Origin: Sphyrna mokarran
Taxonomy: Eukaryota
Direction: 5' to 3'
DNA length: 64,000 nucleotides
Assembly (NCBI GenBank): GCA_024679065.1
Contig: JAGIQG010000007.1
Span: forward strand, 104,346,001 to 104,410,000
The translations under genes were made by a program, and so were the position numbers. Below the pieces are notes generated by a model. The model had not been told where the DNA came from, made no database searches, and was given only the letters and a program-made list of their open reading frames with translations. This document shows, piece after piece, positions 1 through 13,734 of this stretch (position 1 is its first letter; each line of letters begins with the position of its first letter).

Positions 1-214
1 TTTGTGGCATATTCAAAGCACTGAGGCTGATTTTTAGTTGATTGTTAATGTATCCATCTAATATATTCCTATCAGAAACAGCTGAGACCTTTTCAAAATA
101 TTTATGCGGTGATGTTGTCAGGTCCTTCAATACTATTTTTATATCATTCAGTGGTGTCACTTCCTCAACTCACCATGAGTAGTTTCGATTGGAAAGTGAT
201 TGTTTATGCCATCT

Positions 215-470
215 AGTCACAGAGATATATAGCACAGAAGCAAGCCCTTCAACTCAACTTGTCCATGCTGACCAGATTTCCTTATATTTGGCCAATTCCT
301 TCTAAAGCTTTTTCATCCATTGTACCTGTCGAAATGTATTTTAAATGTTGTAATTGTACCTACCTCTCCCAACTCCCCTGGCAGCTGATTCCATATAAGT
401 ACTACCCTCTACCTGAAGAAGTTGCCCCTCAGATTCCTTTTAAATCTTCTACCTCTCGCCTTATCATTTA
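215..470 (-). mobile_element. CR1 LINE 3' fragment
   Basis: Reverse of the CR1 3' end (gaagggc..ctgtgcta tail; FFR.RVV..WN.LP-like coding remnant). Confidence 0.6.
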
Positions 471-3030
471 AAGGAATACTGAGCTGTGATAAGACAAAGC
501 TAGAAATATAGCAAACCTCATTTGCTGCTTCAGTCTTTAGGAAATTTTGAGCCTGAAAATTTTTCATTAGTTATGTAATTGATGCTATCTGATCTAATAA
601 CATTTCTTCATTAATGAAATATGATTGTCCATTTAACCTTGGATACCAGTCCTGCTCTTTTAAGGGTTAATAATTAGTATCTATCACCTTAGATCTCTTG
701 CTCTCCCAGAGTCATGCTGCCTGTAAGCAGCATGATTAGCACTGGTGACTCACTTGATGTGTTTAAATGAAGCTCAACCAGAAACTTCAAATGGCCCTGC
801 TGCTTGCGTAATTGGGTGAACAAAATGAATCACTCATGCACTGCCTGCCTGATCTGCACTCTGCATGAAAATTGACCCAATAACCTGCTTTGACAAAAAG
901 TCTATAACATTATACAATGGAAAAAAAAATAAGAAAATGTGAGTTAAAATCACTCAGCAATTGCATTATTCAATCAGTGTCTTCCTAATGTGTGCCTCCA
1001 CTCACTTTAATAATATAGTGGAGGGAGGGAAATTGGGAACATGATATATTGTAAAACTGGGAGAGCTATTCAAGGTGTCTGTTATGGAAAAAATTGAGCT
1101 AAAGTACATAGTATAAGGCTTAATAACAACTGTATTGATTGGCTGACTGCCAAGTACAACAGTATTATGATTATGTTTCTGGACTGATATTCTGAAGATC
1201 ACTTCAAAAAATCTATCAATTAAATAAAGAACTACCAAAAGTATCAATGACCATGACACTGTTGGATTATCATAAAAAAAACAATGTGCTTTGGGAAAGA
1301 AGATCTGGTGTCCTTATCAATCTGGTCTTTATATGACTCCAGTCCAGAGCTAATTTAGTTAATATAAAAACAAACTACTGCGCATTCAGGAAGCTGAAAC
1401 AAAAACAGAAAATGCTGAAAATTTAAACTAATCTGACAGCATTTGTGGAAAGATTTTCTTGCATTTTCTAATTTGGTTAATGCTTAATTGATATCTGAAG
1501 TGGCCAAGCAAGAGATCTATTTGTATGAAATGTCTACAAGGAATAAAACAAGGTAGGACTAGCTTTCTAGTTAAAAGAATTATGGAAGCATCTTAGCCAT
1601 TTGGACTGCAGCAATCAAAAATAAAGCCTACCACCCTCATAAAGTTTAAAAGATTCCAGTTATAAGAAGAATCCAATGAAGTGGGGATTGAAAGTAAATA
1701 AAATCAGAGTTCATCTGCTTTAAGAGGGTAAGAGAAGTTCAGAAACATGCCTTACTACATTTGTATGCTCACAGATATGTAATGGCACAAAATAAAGCAT
1801 ATTCTCTAACGCAAGGTCAGTCCATAAAAAAAAAATGACCTGACTCCTGACAAATACAGATAATCACCTCAATAAAGCATTGATAAATTCTAAATTACCA
1901 CAATCTAATAATTTATTTCCTAAGGATACTCTTAAGTCATTTGCCGACTGAATCTGGGAAACTGAGCTCTAATCATAAGGGATAAATTTTGTTGCTTGGG
2001 AGTTATTACTATTTGCAGCCCTCACCATGTTGTCCAGCACAACATGTGCCTACTAGATGAGCCTTTTTTTTATAAATCAAATACATTGGATTTTAACTAG
2101 AAATCGAAAGTTGTATATGACTTATTTGGGAATAAAATTCAAGGCGTAACACCCCGCATTTGTAAAAAAAGAACAATGCAGCCGAGAAACAATATCAATA
2201 TTGGAACCATAAAGTAGAGTTTTAGATTTGTTGAATTTGTTCTACAGTCTCTCGTGGCAAATGTACAACTACTGTACTGCATTGATAAATAGTTCTCTCT
2301 TTGTCTGGGAGAGAGGTATCTCAAACTCTAGCTTTCTATGTGGGGATTTAAGGAAATGATGGATCTTTAAATAACTTATTGTAACATTATTTAGACTTAA
2401 AACCTGAATTCCCCATTGGAAAAGAAATGATAACAGCTATGATTCTCCCAAATTTGGATGAAATGCCCATGCACACTAACCAGGGGAGCACCACCAACCT
2501 CACACCATAGAGTGGTATCCTCCCCTCCACCAACAAATAATGGGTGACACCCTACCCCCCCCCTCACCTCACACAACATGCAGGCAGGAGAGTGACCTGA
2601 TGCAAACACTCCAAGAGCCCTCACTCAGCCTCCCCTTCCCTTTCACATCTCAGCCCCTTGCCCTTCAAATTCCCTACTCAGATTCCTCTGACCCCAGACC
2701 CTTCACTCACACTGCTCAGATCTCCAGTCAGCCCACTCCCTCCTCAGAACCCTCGACTCAGACTTCCAATACAGGTCACGTGCCTTGATAGTGGCAATAC
2801 TCCATTGCCCCCTGACACCTCTTCACTGACATCCTGGCTTAGTGCCTTAGGCCCAAGGAGGTGAAGGAATTAGATCCAATAGTCAGTTGCCTCTCTGCTG
2901 CTGCTTGGCTGCAAAGAAAGAGTTCCAGAAAGATATTGTGGGTTGGGTGGGCTCAGGCTGGGGTCAAGGGGTTGATCTCACGCTCTCTCCTGGGATGGTG
3001 CCTCATGGCTAGTCTGCTTATTTTAGATCC

Positions 3031-3165
3031 TGATGTAAAGATGCCGGCGTTGGATTGGGGTGGTAAGAACTCAGTAAGAACTTAGCAACACCAATTTTTA
3101 ATCCAACCGATTTATTTGATAGTAAAGTTGCGAGCTTTCAACACTCCGTGTCTTCCTCAGGCAAA
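3031..3165 (-). mobile_element. Penelope-like element terminal fragment
   Basis: Reverse complement of the family at 32813-33048 (gatgccggcgttggattgggg...caacacc...tttatttgatagtaaa); carries the hammerhead motif. Confidence 0.6.
3128..3164 (-). ncRNA. Minimal type I hammerhead ribozyme motif (Penelope-like)
   Basis: Minus strand: UUGC-CUGAGGA-A-GACAC(GGA)GUGUU-GAAA-GC-UC^-GCAA. Full catalytic core, stem I UUGC/GCAA, 5-bp stem II, palindromic AGCU in place of stem III. Confidence 0.75.
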
Positions 3166-3596
3166 TGCAGTGTTCTGGTCTGCAATAGCACACATCAGCA
3201 CAGACAGTCAGAGGCTGACAGACAGAAAGACTACCCTTGGCCTGGGTGTTTTAGGCAGTCCTATGATCCACATCTAATTCCAGCTGTGAAAATTCTGAAG
3301 TTACCAGGTCACTTTAATCTCTATACCCCCTAGTCACCAGCCAGGTTTTTAAATCACTATAATACTCCATTCTGCAGCAGACGTTTCCTTTTCTCCCTGT
3401 CAGAAACTGCAGACATAAGCAGCTTTGAAGTCCTCTGACAGACAGGACATGTAAGTCTTATATAGGGCAGTTGGGTAGGAGGGGGGAGCAGTGGGTTCCA
3501 TTCTGCAAAGCTGTGCATTCAGCCCCAATGTATACATGCAGCTTTGATTTGATGTTTATAAAGCATCCCAACAAGCTGAAACACTCTCTATTCCAT

Positions 3597-3993
3597 TGGA
3601 AACCTTGGATCTCTTTTAATTTTGAAGTACAGTGCTTTGAGAAAGACCTTCACTGAGAGCTCAGTGAATTTCTACTCCTGCTCCAGTTAGCTGTGTTGAG
3701 TTGAATTTCTCTTCATGCTTGAATGCATCTCAAGTACCTCCATTGATCCTAACCACAATGTTTACAAAGATTCTGAGCCTGATTGACAATCTGTGGTTTT
3801 TAAAAGACGAAATTACATCATTTATTCCTTTTGAAGAAACCGCAGGCTGTCAATCGGGGTTAGAGTGAGTGTCAACGTTGTGGTTAGGATCAGTGGGTAA
3901 TGCATTCAAGCATAAATGGAAATGAAAATAAACACAGCTGTCAACGAGGCTTCTCTCAAAGCACTGAACTTTGTAATTGATCAAGGCTTTTCT
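3597..3993. repeat. Diverged long inverted repeat
   Basis: Arms at about 3597-3805 and 3827-3993 share blocks such as cagtgctttgaga, atgcttgaatgcat, tgatcctaaccacaa and gattgaca. Confidence 0.8.
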
Positions 3994-5334
3994 AAATATC
4001 AGTTAGAAAATATACTTCAATGAGAGATACATTATTGAAGAGAGATGCCTGGATCCCTATAAAATCTGGGTTGTTATAATCTTGTTAAAGCATGTTAAAC
4101 ACCTGTCTGGTGCACTGTAATATACCCTGCTGATCCTGTTCCTTTAAGAAGAGAGAGATCAGTTGTTCAAGCCCATTCAAGTGTCTGTCTTCTCAACCTT
4201 AAGTGAAAATGATCATCTCAGGAGTATGCCTGATCTGGAATAATCCCAAAAAAGAGCTTGGATTACACTCCACTTCAAGGGCAACTGGGGATGCACAATA
4301 AATTCCAGCCTTGCCAGCATCTCAATAATGCATAAATTGAAATGCACCCACAGTGACTTAAAGCTTAAGCCATCATTTGCCACCATATCAGTTTTTTATC
4401 TAACAGCACTATGTATTAGATAACATTGATTAGATTTTTAACTGGTATTTCACTAGGTTCAAATGTAAGGAACTACACTTCAGAAACTATTACTTGTTGA
4501 TCATGATTATCAAAATGGAAGATCTAATTATTGAGGTATGTTGATAAGAAGCTGAACTATTACATTTTAGCAGTAGAACTGTTAGTAATTACCTCAACTG
4601 CTGTAACAACATCCCACAGCATATATCAAATACTTCTCCTATAGTAAAATAATGGGTAGTCACTGATGACGCACATACTGATTGCGTTGTTGTTTTCCAG
4701 GTATTATAGAGTGATTTTTCATATGTCAAGATTAAACAGTGATAGACAAAGGCAAGTTAGCATGGGGACAATCAGGAATGGTGACTGACTATCTGGGAAT
4801 ACTTAACATAAATGAAGTATGCTTGGCTTGACTGTATGAGATGTAATACTTCAAATCGCTTAACAGCAAAGCAGGTTATTCTACAATAAAATTCCTCACC
4901 AGACCACCAGTAATATCTGGGGGGGAATCATCAGAGAAAGTGAGAAACAAAGGAGTATTTCAGTAGGAGCAATGATAGAGGATACTTATTCAAAAGCAGC
5001 TCGGACCAAGAAAAGTGTATTATATTTATTTTTATCTTCTGAAAAGGTTAATACAAAAGTATGAATCAATAGAATTCAGGATATTATTCTGTTAAACTGA
5101 TATCTAGCTGTCCTCAAATTTTCTAATCAAGTTTATCATGAATTGTGTTAAGCAACTCATTTTTTCTAATCCTGAATGTAAAACAAGAGCATGTTATTTC
5201 AAAATTGAATAAAAATAACATTAGAAGTTCTAAAAAAAACTCTTCAAAGAGCATTATGGAAGACAAGCACCATGCAATTGATGTAAATACAACTGCCAAT
5301 TTGATTAAGCAAAATGAACTGGGTACCAGGTGAT

Positions 5335-5600
5335 GCAATGTGTTCGCATGAGTCCTTTCAACTTTTGGACCTGGATTCAGATAATGAGCAGAATGTTTGC
5401 CATATCATATGTGAATTGAAATTGGGTGGTTCCAATTTAGTTTCTAGTCAGCATTCTCAGGAAACGGAAGTGACCCATAAGCAATAAAGGGTGATATCTG
5501 AATTGTTAGAGCAGAGCAACTGGCTATGCTAACGAGTACTACTTAAGCTTAGTGGAAATGAGGAACATACCATTCCAACTTGCTGACACCCTCAGCAGTA
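5335..5600 (+). mobile_element. Ancient LF-SINE-like remnant
   Basis: cctttcaacttttggacctggattca and tatgtgaattgaaattgggtggttccaatttagtttctagt resemble the recalled LF-SINE head and core. Confidence 0.4.
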
Positions 5601-6885
5601 AAACTCACAGATACATCACCAAAAGCTTAATACCAGTAAAATTTTGCTTTCAAATTCCAATACTAATATTTTTTATTTCTACTACAATGTCTAGCTTTTG
5701 ACGGGCATTGTTTTATTTTAATTGAGAAATGGAGGGCCTCTGTCAATTTGTAATTTCTTACAAAGTGTGCACACAGTAATTGCAAACAATGCAAAATCTA
5801 TAAGCGCTGTCAGGACCTTGGCTGAATGAGTGAAGTATCACTGATTGCTCTCTGGACATTGTTTAAATGTAGACGTTCATTGTATCAGTGTGGACTGAGA
5901 GATGAGCAGAAATCCTAAGGCAATAACACTGAAGTCTCTGAACTGCACTCACAGAACAATAGACAGTAAAATTGTAAGTAATCATGTTATGTTATTTGGC
6001 AGATTGCCAAAATACTCTTCAGTGCTTAATAATGAAAAATTTTATTCAGTAATGATCATTGAAGCAAAACAAACCTTTTATTTTAACAGAATAATTTTAC
6101 AAAACCTGCAAACTGAAGGTGAAGTCTGTGTTAAATTTAACACATTTGGAGAATGCATTTGCCCAACCAAAATGTCAAAGCATTGCATTATTAAAATGGA
6201 CTATTAACACAAAAACATTCTGCTAGGTATTGATGTGATTTAACTTGTGGATTTCTCCCCGGCATTGAATGTGGTATTTCTTAACAAATCCTATGAAGAT
6301 ATTTGAATACTCACAAACACACAACCCATAAGGAATTGTTAATGCGAGAGGTTATGTCCTCTGATATCTTACAATACAAATCAGATTAAAGGTAGAAAGG
6401 ATTGTGTTCCTTTTTCAGAATGAAATATATTAAACTGATTTACATTCTAAAGCTAGATAAGTTAGACTTATCCTAAATGCGAGAGCCTTAGTTGGAGCTG
6501 CATGCATATGTTCACATCTAGTCACACTTTGCACAGACTGCACATCTAGCAAATATCTTGATCAGGAGGAGGAGAAAATATATAATCAGCATGTTTCATA
6601 ATCTGCTGGAAAGAATAAGTAATCACATATTTTGAGTTGTTTGAAAATAGTTTTCAGTAACTATAATGCCATAACTATACTGGCTGGATGATGAAGATAG
6701 CTATATAAATTCTTTAATCACAGAGATGTTTTGTATTTGATCTAGAATCCATATCTGAAACCATTTTGCGGTCAAATGCTAATAATAAGGAAGCAGAGAC
6801 AGAAAATAATTAAAAATTGTTGAGGGCAAGGGAAGTTTCAGAGATAAGACATCAGAATTGATTCAAATCTGGAACTAAGATTACA

Positions 6886-6990
6886 CTAAAACAGAAAATG
6901 CAGGAAAATCTCAGCAGGTCACACCTGCTGAGATTTTTTAGCATGTCTTCTTCTCTCAGATTCCAGCATCCACAATATTTTGCTTTTATA
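6886..6990. mobile_element. Short inverted remnant of the same Penelope-like family
   Basis: aaaatctcagcaggt cac acctgctgagatttt hairpin with family flanks. Confidence 0.5.
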
Positions 6991-8328
6991 TTAAAGATTA
7001 ACTATACACTGCATTACTTTTGAAATCCTATTTCTAAGTCTTGTTCTCTTCAAAGGAATCATCTCCTTATAGTACATAAATATTAGCTATAAAGTTCTTA
7101 AAGCGGCCAAAAAGCAGAGGAATTTCAAGCGGGTTTTTTTTCCCCCATTGTCATGTTGGCAACTAGTTTGAAGCCGAAGTGTGAAATCACACATGCCAAA
7201 AAAATCAAGAGAATTTGTCACTTTAACTGGCTGCACGTTGAATGTGTTTGAATGTGTGCTACAACAAGTTAGCACGTGTCTACAAAGTCCCCTACATATA
7301 AAGGCATATAAATCAATAGTATGATGCGAATCAAACCCATACCCTGGTGTCCACCTTCCTGCGCCGAATTCTTCTGATCATGTAAATATTTTGTTAGAGT
7401 AACTCCTTACCTTAAACCTCACGTGGTTCTCAACGAAAGCCAGCTGAGGTATTCATCCTGAACGATTCTGGGCAGGGAATGAGTTAAGCTGCTCCAAATG
7501 TTATGATAGGCATTACAAAATATTTAAATGGCGAGTTTCCATCACGTTTTATGATCTGCAACGCACCTCGACTTTCTAAGAGACCTGGAGCACAAAAAAT
7601 TTGTTTGCTATAGTAAAATACAGTGAAGTAAGAATTTTATGATTTCCTGAAGCGGTCGAATGGCTGGCAATGTATCGGATTCACCGTGATTGGGGCCGCG
7701 CAGTTTGTAAACAGCAGAACTGTGCTTTGAAGGCATAACCGTGCCAGATTCAAAGCTTCAAACAGGACCGAGAACGGAAATTATTCATTTCAACCACAGA
7801 AGGAGATTATTTGCAAACAGAACCGGTTTCCATTGCCGAAAATGAATACATAATAGACTGGTGGGGTGGCGACCACATTCAGACTTTAGTTGGTTGAATG
7901 GTAAATAGATGGCAGTGAGGATACAGCGGGGCGGGGGGTGGGGACTTGTTGCCAATGCCAGGAATCTCTGTGGGAAATGAGCGGGAGGATTCTGTTAATT
8001 ACATGTTTTAGTCTAGTGGCGGCCACCTCCAATGCAGGTACTTTTTACTGCTTAAGAACCTTCAGCAAATAGCCTCAACTCTGAGCACCTGTAACTAAAA
8101 GAATTAGAGACCGCGAAGTTCTGATAAATTCGATTACGTTAAAAACCCAGATGAAAATATAGTGAGAATTGACACCAATTTTGTAACGGTCTAAAAGTTG
8201 GACGCTTTTGTGTGTTATAGCTGTTATTCACTGAATAGGTATTTGGAAATATTGAATATATATTGCCTCGTCAGTAGTTTTTTTATATTCATTTGTGGGA
8301 TATGGACGTTGCTGCTTAGCCATTTATT

Positions 8329-8648
8329 GGGTGACATGGTGATATTGTGGTTACCATTGCTGCCTCACAGCACCAGGGACCTGTATTCAATTTCATCCTG
8401 GGGTCACTGTCTGTGCAGAGTCTGCACGTTCTCCCTGTGTCTGTGTGGGTTTCCTCTGGGTGCTCTGGTTTCCTCCCACAATCCAAAGATGGCCAGGTTA
8501 GGAACATTGGCCATGATAAACAAACCCTAGTGTCAGGGGATTATCATGCTAAATGTGAGGGGTTACCAAAATTGGGCTTGGGTGGGATTATGGTCCATGA
8601 AGCCTGGATGGGTTAAACAATCTCCTTCAGTATTGTAGGGATTCTCTA
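8329..8648 (+). mobile_element. HE1-like tRNA-derived V-SINE with CR1-type tail
   Basis: tRNA-like head (tggttaccattgctgcctcacag..ttcaatt), V domain (tgggtttcctctgggtgctctggtttcctcccaca), tail gtagggattctcta. Confidence 0.8.
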
Positions 8649-8659
8649 ACCCGATCTCT

Positions 8660-8945
8660 AGTTGACTTGGAGGGAGGCCAGCTGAGACTCAACCACATTG
8701 CTGTGGCACTGGGGTCACATGTAGGCTAGAATTCTTTCCCTAGAGGACATGAGTGAACCAGGTAGCTTTTTTTCAGACAATCCACAATGGTTTCATGGGT
8801 ATCAGCATTCTTAATTCTAGATTTTTTTAAATTGAATTCAAATTCCATATCTAGCAGGATTCGAACCTGGGTTCCCCGGAACTGAATTTAGCTGAGTTTC
8901 TGAATTGATAGTCTAGCCATAATGCTACTAGGCCATCGCCTCTCC
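8660..8945 (-). mobile_element. Deu-domain SINE (SacSINE1-like)
   Basis: Reverse complement of the 19224-19570 family. Confidence 0.7.
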
Positions 8946-9071
8946 TTAGCAAGCAGTGCAAAACTTTAAAACAAAATGGAGAGAGAGATGTGTAAGTTCC
9001 AGTGTACGCATCAGAGATAAATTGACAAATCTGAACAAATAAAAATAGCACTCAATCAATAATTGGGTCCA

Positions 9072-9077
9072 TTTATT
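9072..9077 (-). terminator. Putative CBLN2 polyadenylation signal
   Basis: AATAAA on the minus strand with overlapping TGTA upstream and U/GU-rich sequence downstream (gtgctatttttatttgttc); about 680 nt after the stop. Confidence 0.6.
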
Positions 9078-9754
9078 ACAATCATTCGTGGTATGCTTCG
9101 TGTTATTAATCTATAGGTTACTCTTTCTGCACCCGAAGAACACCAACCACAACACAAAGAAGGATAGGAGCTGCGTTCAATTCGTGCAAAGAAACCTTTT
9201 GTGATAAAACACTTCTTCAAAACCAGCTCACCCACAGAAACGATACATAAATTTCCCCAAATTTAAAAAAAAACACGCCACTGAATTTGGACTTGTTCTT
9301 TACTTAAGGCTATATACGAACACGAAAGAAAGCATTGCTAGAACATTTAAATCAAAACCCTAACTTGTTACTCTTTTTTTTGTTTAAATTACGCGGTTTT
9401 TGAGCTGTCACTTGCGAGTTACTCTCTTCGTCCGCCCAAGGTTCGGTTCGTTCAATCAAAGAAAAAATCCGCCCGTAAGAAAATCCAGCTTCTATTGTCT
9501 CGCCAGAAATTGTCCTTGTCAATAAATTCACTTGATATCCTAAAGAGCACTGTCACCAGAGCTACTTAGAACCACATTGGCCAAGGCAATTGTCAGGAAT
9601 TCGAAGGAATTATTCTAATCGGTAGGTAATGACTCTGCTCCTACTCAGCAGTTAGGTGGTTTTGGCATTAATAATCTTGTTCTGTTGCAATATCGATTAA
9701 TGTACATGGCGACTTAGTCCTCAGCGAAGGGTTACGACCAGTATTGGTGTCCCT

Positions 9755-10033
<279 letters not shown>

Positions 10034-10150
10034 CTAACACCCCCCTCCCCCCCCCCGCCCCTCCACTGTTACAACACAATGCTCCCCGCGTTAGACTGGC
10101 ACTACCATTCTGTACCTGTACCCGGGCAATCCCCCTTCCCCTTTTTTTCT

Positions 10151-10350
10151 AAAAGCAAAACACTCCAGATGCTGGAAATCTGATATAAAAACAGAAAATA
10201 CTGCATAAACTCAGCAGGTCTGCTAGCAGCTATGGAGAGAGAAACAGAGTTAATGGAGAGAGAAACAGAGTTAATGTTTCGAGTCCAATATGACCCTTCT
10301 ACATGTAACTATATTCTGAGACCTGGCGAGTTTTTCCAGCGTGCTTTGTT
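10151..10350 (-). mobile_element. Penelope-like terminal fragment in CBLN2 last intron
   Basis: Same family as 32201-32612 (aaacagaaaat..ctcagcaggtctg..gtttcgagtcc..gaccctt); contains a 21-bp internal tandem duplication. Confidence 0.6.
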
Positions 10351-10418
10351 CCTTTCTATCATACCTGCCTATATATTACACTTCTTCCCTACTCTCTCTC
10401 TCTGTTCGTCTTTTTTTA

Positions 10419-10685
<267 letters not shown>

Positions 10686-11439
10686 TTAACGCGCGCGAAA
10701 ACTTGCGGAGCGGGGCTGGTGGTGAGGCTAAAGGGAGGGAGGGGAGGTGGGCAACAAGGTTCGCCTGGAGATTTGAGATGCAGTGGCCGGACATGGGATT
10801 CGACAAGTTCCCCGGGTCCGTTCCGTGCACTAGGAACAGGCTGAGAGTGAAGGCTAACCCAGCGGTTCGGGAGTATTGTAACCAGAAGAAAGAGACTTTC
10901 TCTCTCACACACACATGCACAGCCAGTGGAAATGATATTAAATCATCCAGAATGTGAGAAGCCACACAACGCGGGGCAAATATCTGGGAAGCAAATTGCT
11001 GAAAGTTCACATTTAATAAAATGTGTAAAATAAAATAAAGGGCAAAGTTGAACAGATAAAGGGTAATTTTTGGCTACAGATAGGTGTGTGCATAAGGCGG
11101 CCAAAGTTAACCACTTAAGTAAGATTGTATGAACGGATCTCCAATCTGTAAAAATGTGCAAACAACAGATAATATGATCGAACTGAGTGAAAAGGGGATG
11201 GGGGTCATTTCGCCCCAGTTCCAGTCTCAGTTTTTATTACCCCATTACACCCCCCCCCCAACTTTTTACAGGTTTTTATACGAAATGCAAGATTGGAGAA
11301 AGTGAGCGAGATATTAACAGAGGGAGCTGGGGTTGGGGTAGGGGAGCGGGTGGGTTGATAGGGGGAACTATGTGTGTATGTAGGGAAGGGGAGGCAAGTG
11401 GAGACACGGGGAGTTGGAGGAGACGGATACAAGGGGACA

Positions 11440-12050
11440 GAGGAAAACAAGGGGCTGGGGGAAGGGGAGACAGGGAGCTGGGGGAAGGGGAGACAGGGAG
11501 CTGGGGCAAGGGGAGATAGGGAGCTGGGGCAAGGGGAGACAGGGAGCAGGGGGCAAGGGGAGACAGGGAGCTGGGGCAAGGGAGACAGAGGGGGAGACAG
11601 GGGCTGGGGCAAGGGGAGACAGGGAGCTGGGGGAAGGGGAGACAGGGAGCTGGGGCAAAGGGGAGACTTGGGGCAAGTGGGGAGGGGACTGGGAAGGGGA
11701 GACAGGGAGCTGGGGGAAGGGGAGACTGGGGAAGGGGAGACTGGGGGAAGGGGAGACAGGGAGCTGGGGGAAGGGGAGACTGGGGGAAGGGGAGACTGGG
11801 GAAGGGGAGACTGGGGGAAGGGGAGACTGGGGGAAGGGGAGACAGGGAGGGGGAAGGGGAGACAGGGGGGGGGTGGGGGGGGGAGACTGGGGCTGGGGGA
11901 AGGGAGACTGGGGGAAGGGAGACAGGGAGTTGGGGCAAGGGGAGACAGGGAGTTGGGGCAAGGGAGACAGGGAGCTGGGGGGGGGGAACCGGGGGAAAAG
12001 GAGGCAAGAGGAGCTGGGGAAAGGGAGCTGGGGGAAAGGGAGACGGGGGA
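11440..12050 (+). repeat. G-rich minisatellite (approx. 22-bp unit ggggaaggggagacagggagct with shorter variants) in CBLN2 intron
   Basis: Tandem units directly visible; source of spurious Pro/Gly-rich ORFs. Confidence 0.9.
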
Positions 12051-12315
12051 AGACAAAAGGAGCTAGCGGAAAGGGTGAGGGGGAGCTGCGAGGAGGGGAA
12101 AGGGAGAGCGGGAGGGAGATAGGGAAGGCAAAAGGAGCTGGGCGGGGGGGGGGGGGGGAAGGGAAAGGGAAGGAGTTGGCGGCAAGGGTGAGGAGGAGCT
12201 GGGGGGGGGGGTGGAGGGAAACCTGGGGGAGCGGCAGAGAGATAGGGAAAGGCAGAAGGAGCTGGCGGAGAAAGGGGGACCGGGGGAAAAGGAGAAAGGG
12301 GATCTGGGATGATTA

Positions 12316-13124
<809 letters not shown>

Positions 13125-13254
13125 CTGTAACAAGACAAAATCAATGCAAAAAACACAAGATCCGATGCAGATTGAATGGATAGCTGACATCCTGATAGAA
13201 TAAGACCTCTACTCTGACATTCTCAAGATTGTATTCACCATCCCACCACCCCTC

Positions 13255-13420
13255 ATTTTAATCTCAATCCTCCAGTTCCCCCCCCCCACTTTAATCTCAA
13301 TACTCCAGTCTCTCCCCCCATTTAATCTCAATCTCTAGTCTTTTTCCCCCCCCCAAATTTAATCTCAAACCTCCAACTCCCCCCCACTTTAATCCAATCC
13401 TCCAGTCTTTTTCCCCCCCC
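13255..13420 (+). repeat. Five-copy approx. 30-38 bp tandem repeat (tttaatctcaatcctccagt...Cn)
   Basis: tttaatctcaa-type unit recurs about five times, each followed by a C run. Confidence 0.8.
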
Positions 13421-13734
13421 CCCACCCCACCCCCGCTCCCTTTACTGATGAAGGAATTCTACAATTGAACTTGACTTTGCGTTCTCCTTCTCCCTGAAGT
13501 TGTCTTCATTGTCTTCAGCCCCTTGAAACCCAGCCGGCCTCACAGACAACTTCACTGCCCCCCCCCCCCCGCCAATGTCCCGCCTCTCTGCAATTCATCC
13601 GCCAACCCCCTCTCCCCACACACAAAAAAAATAAAGTTGCCCATTCTCCAGCAAAAAGGAAAGAGGGAGAAAAAAATCATCAGAGAAGCTGGCAGGCGCG
13701 TTAAATAGGAGCTCGCAGCCAAGGTAGCTCTTAC

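Noticed and set aside
7905-8030. Possible CTCF motifs (tagatggcagtg; ctagtggcggcca)
   Set aside because: Only half-site matches; not supportable without a PWM scan.
13255-13420. Regularly spaced repeat resembling a CRISPR array
   Set aside because: Spacers are C runs rather than unique sequence, there are no cas genes, and the context is vertebrate.
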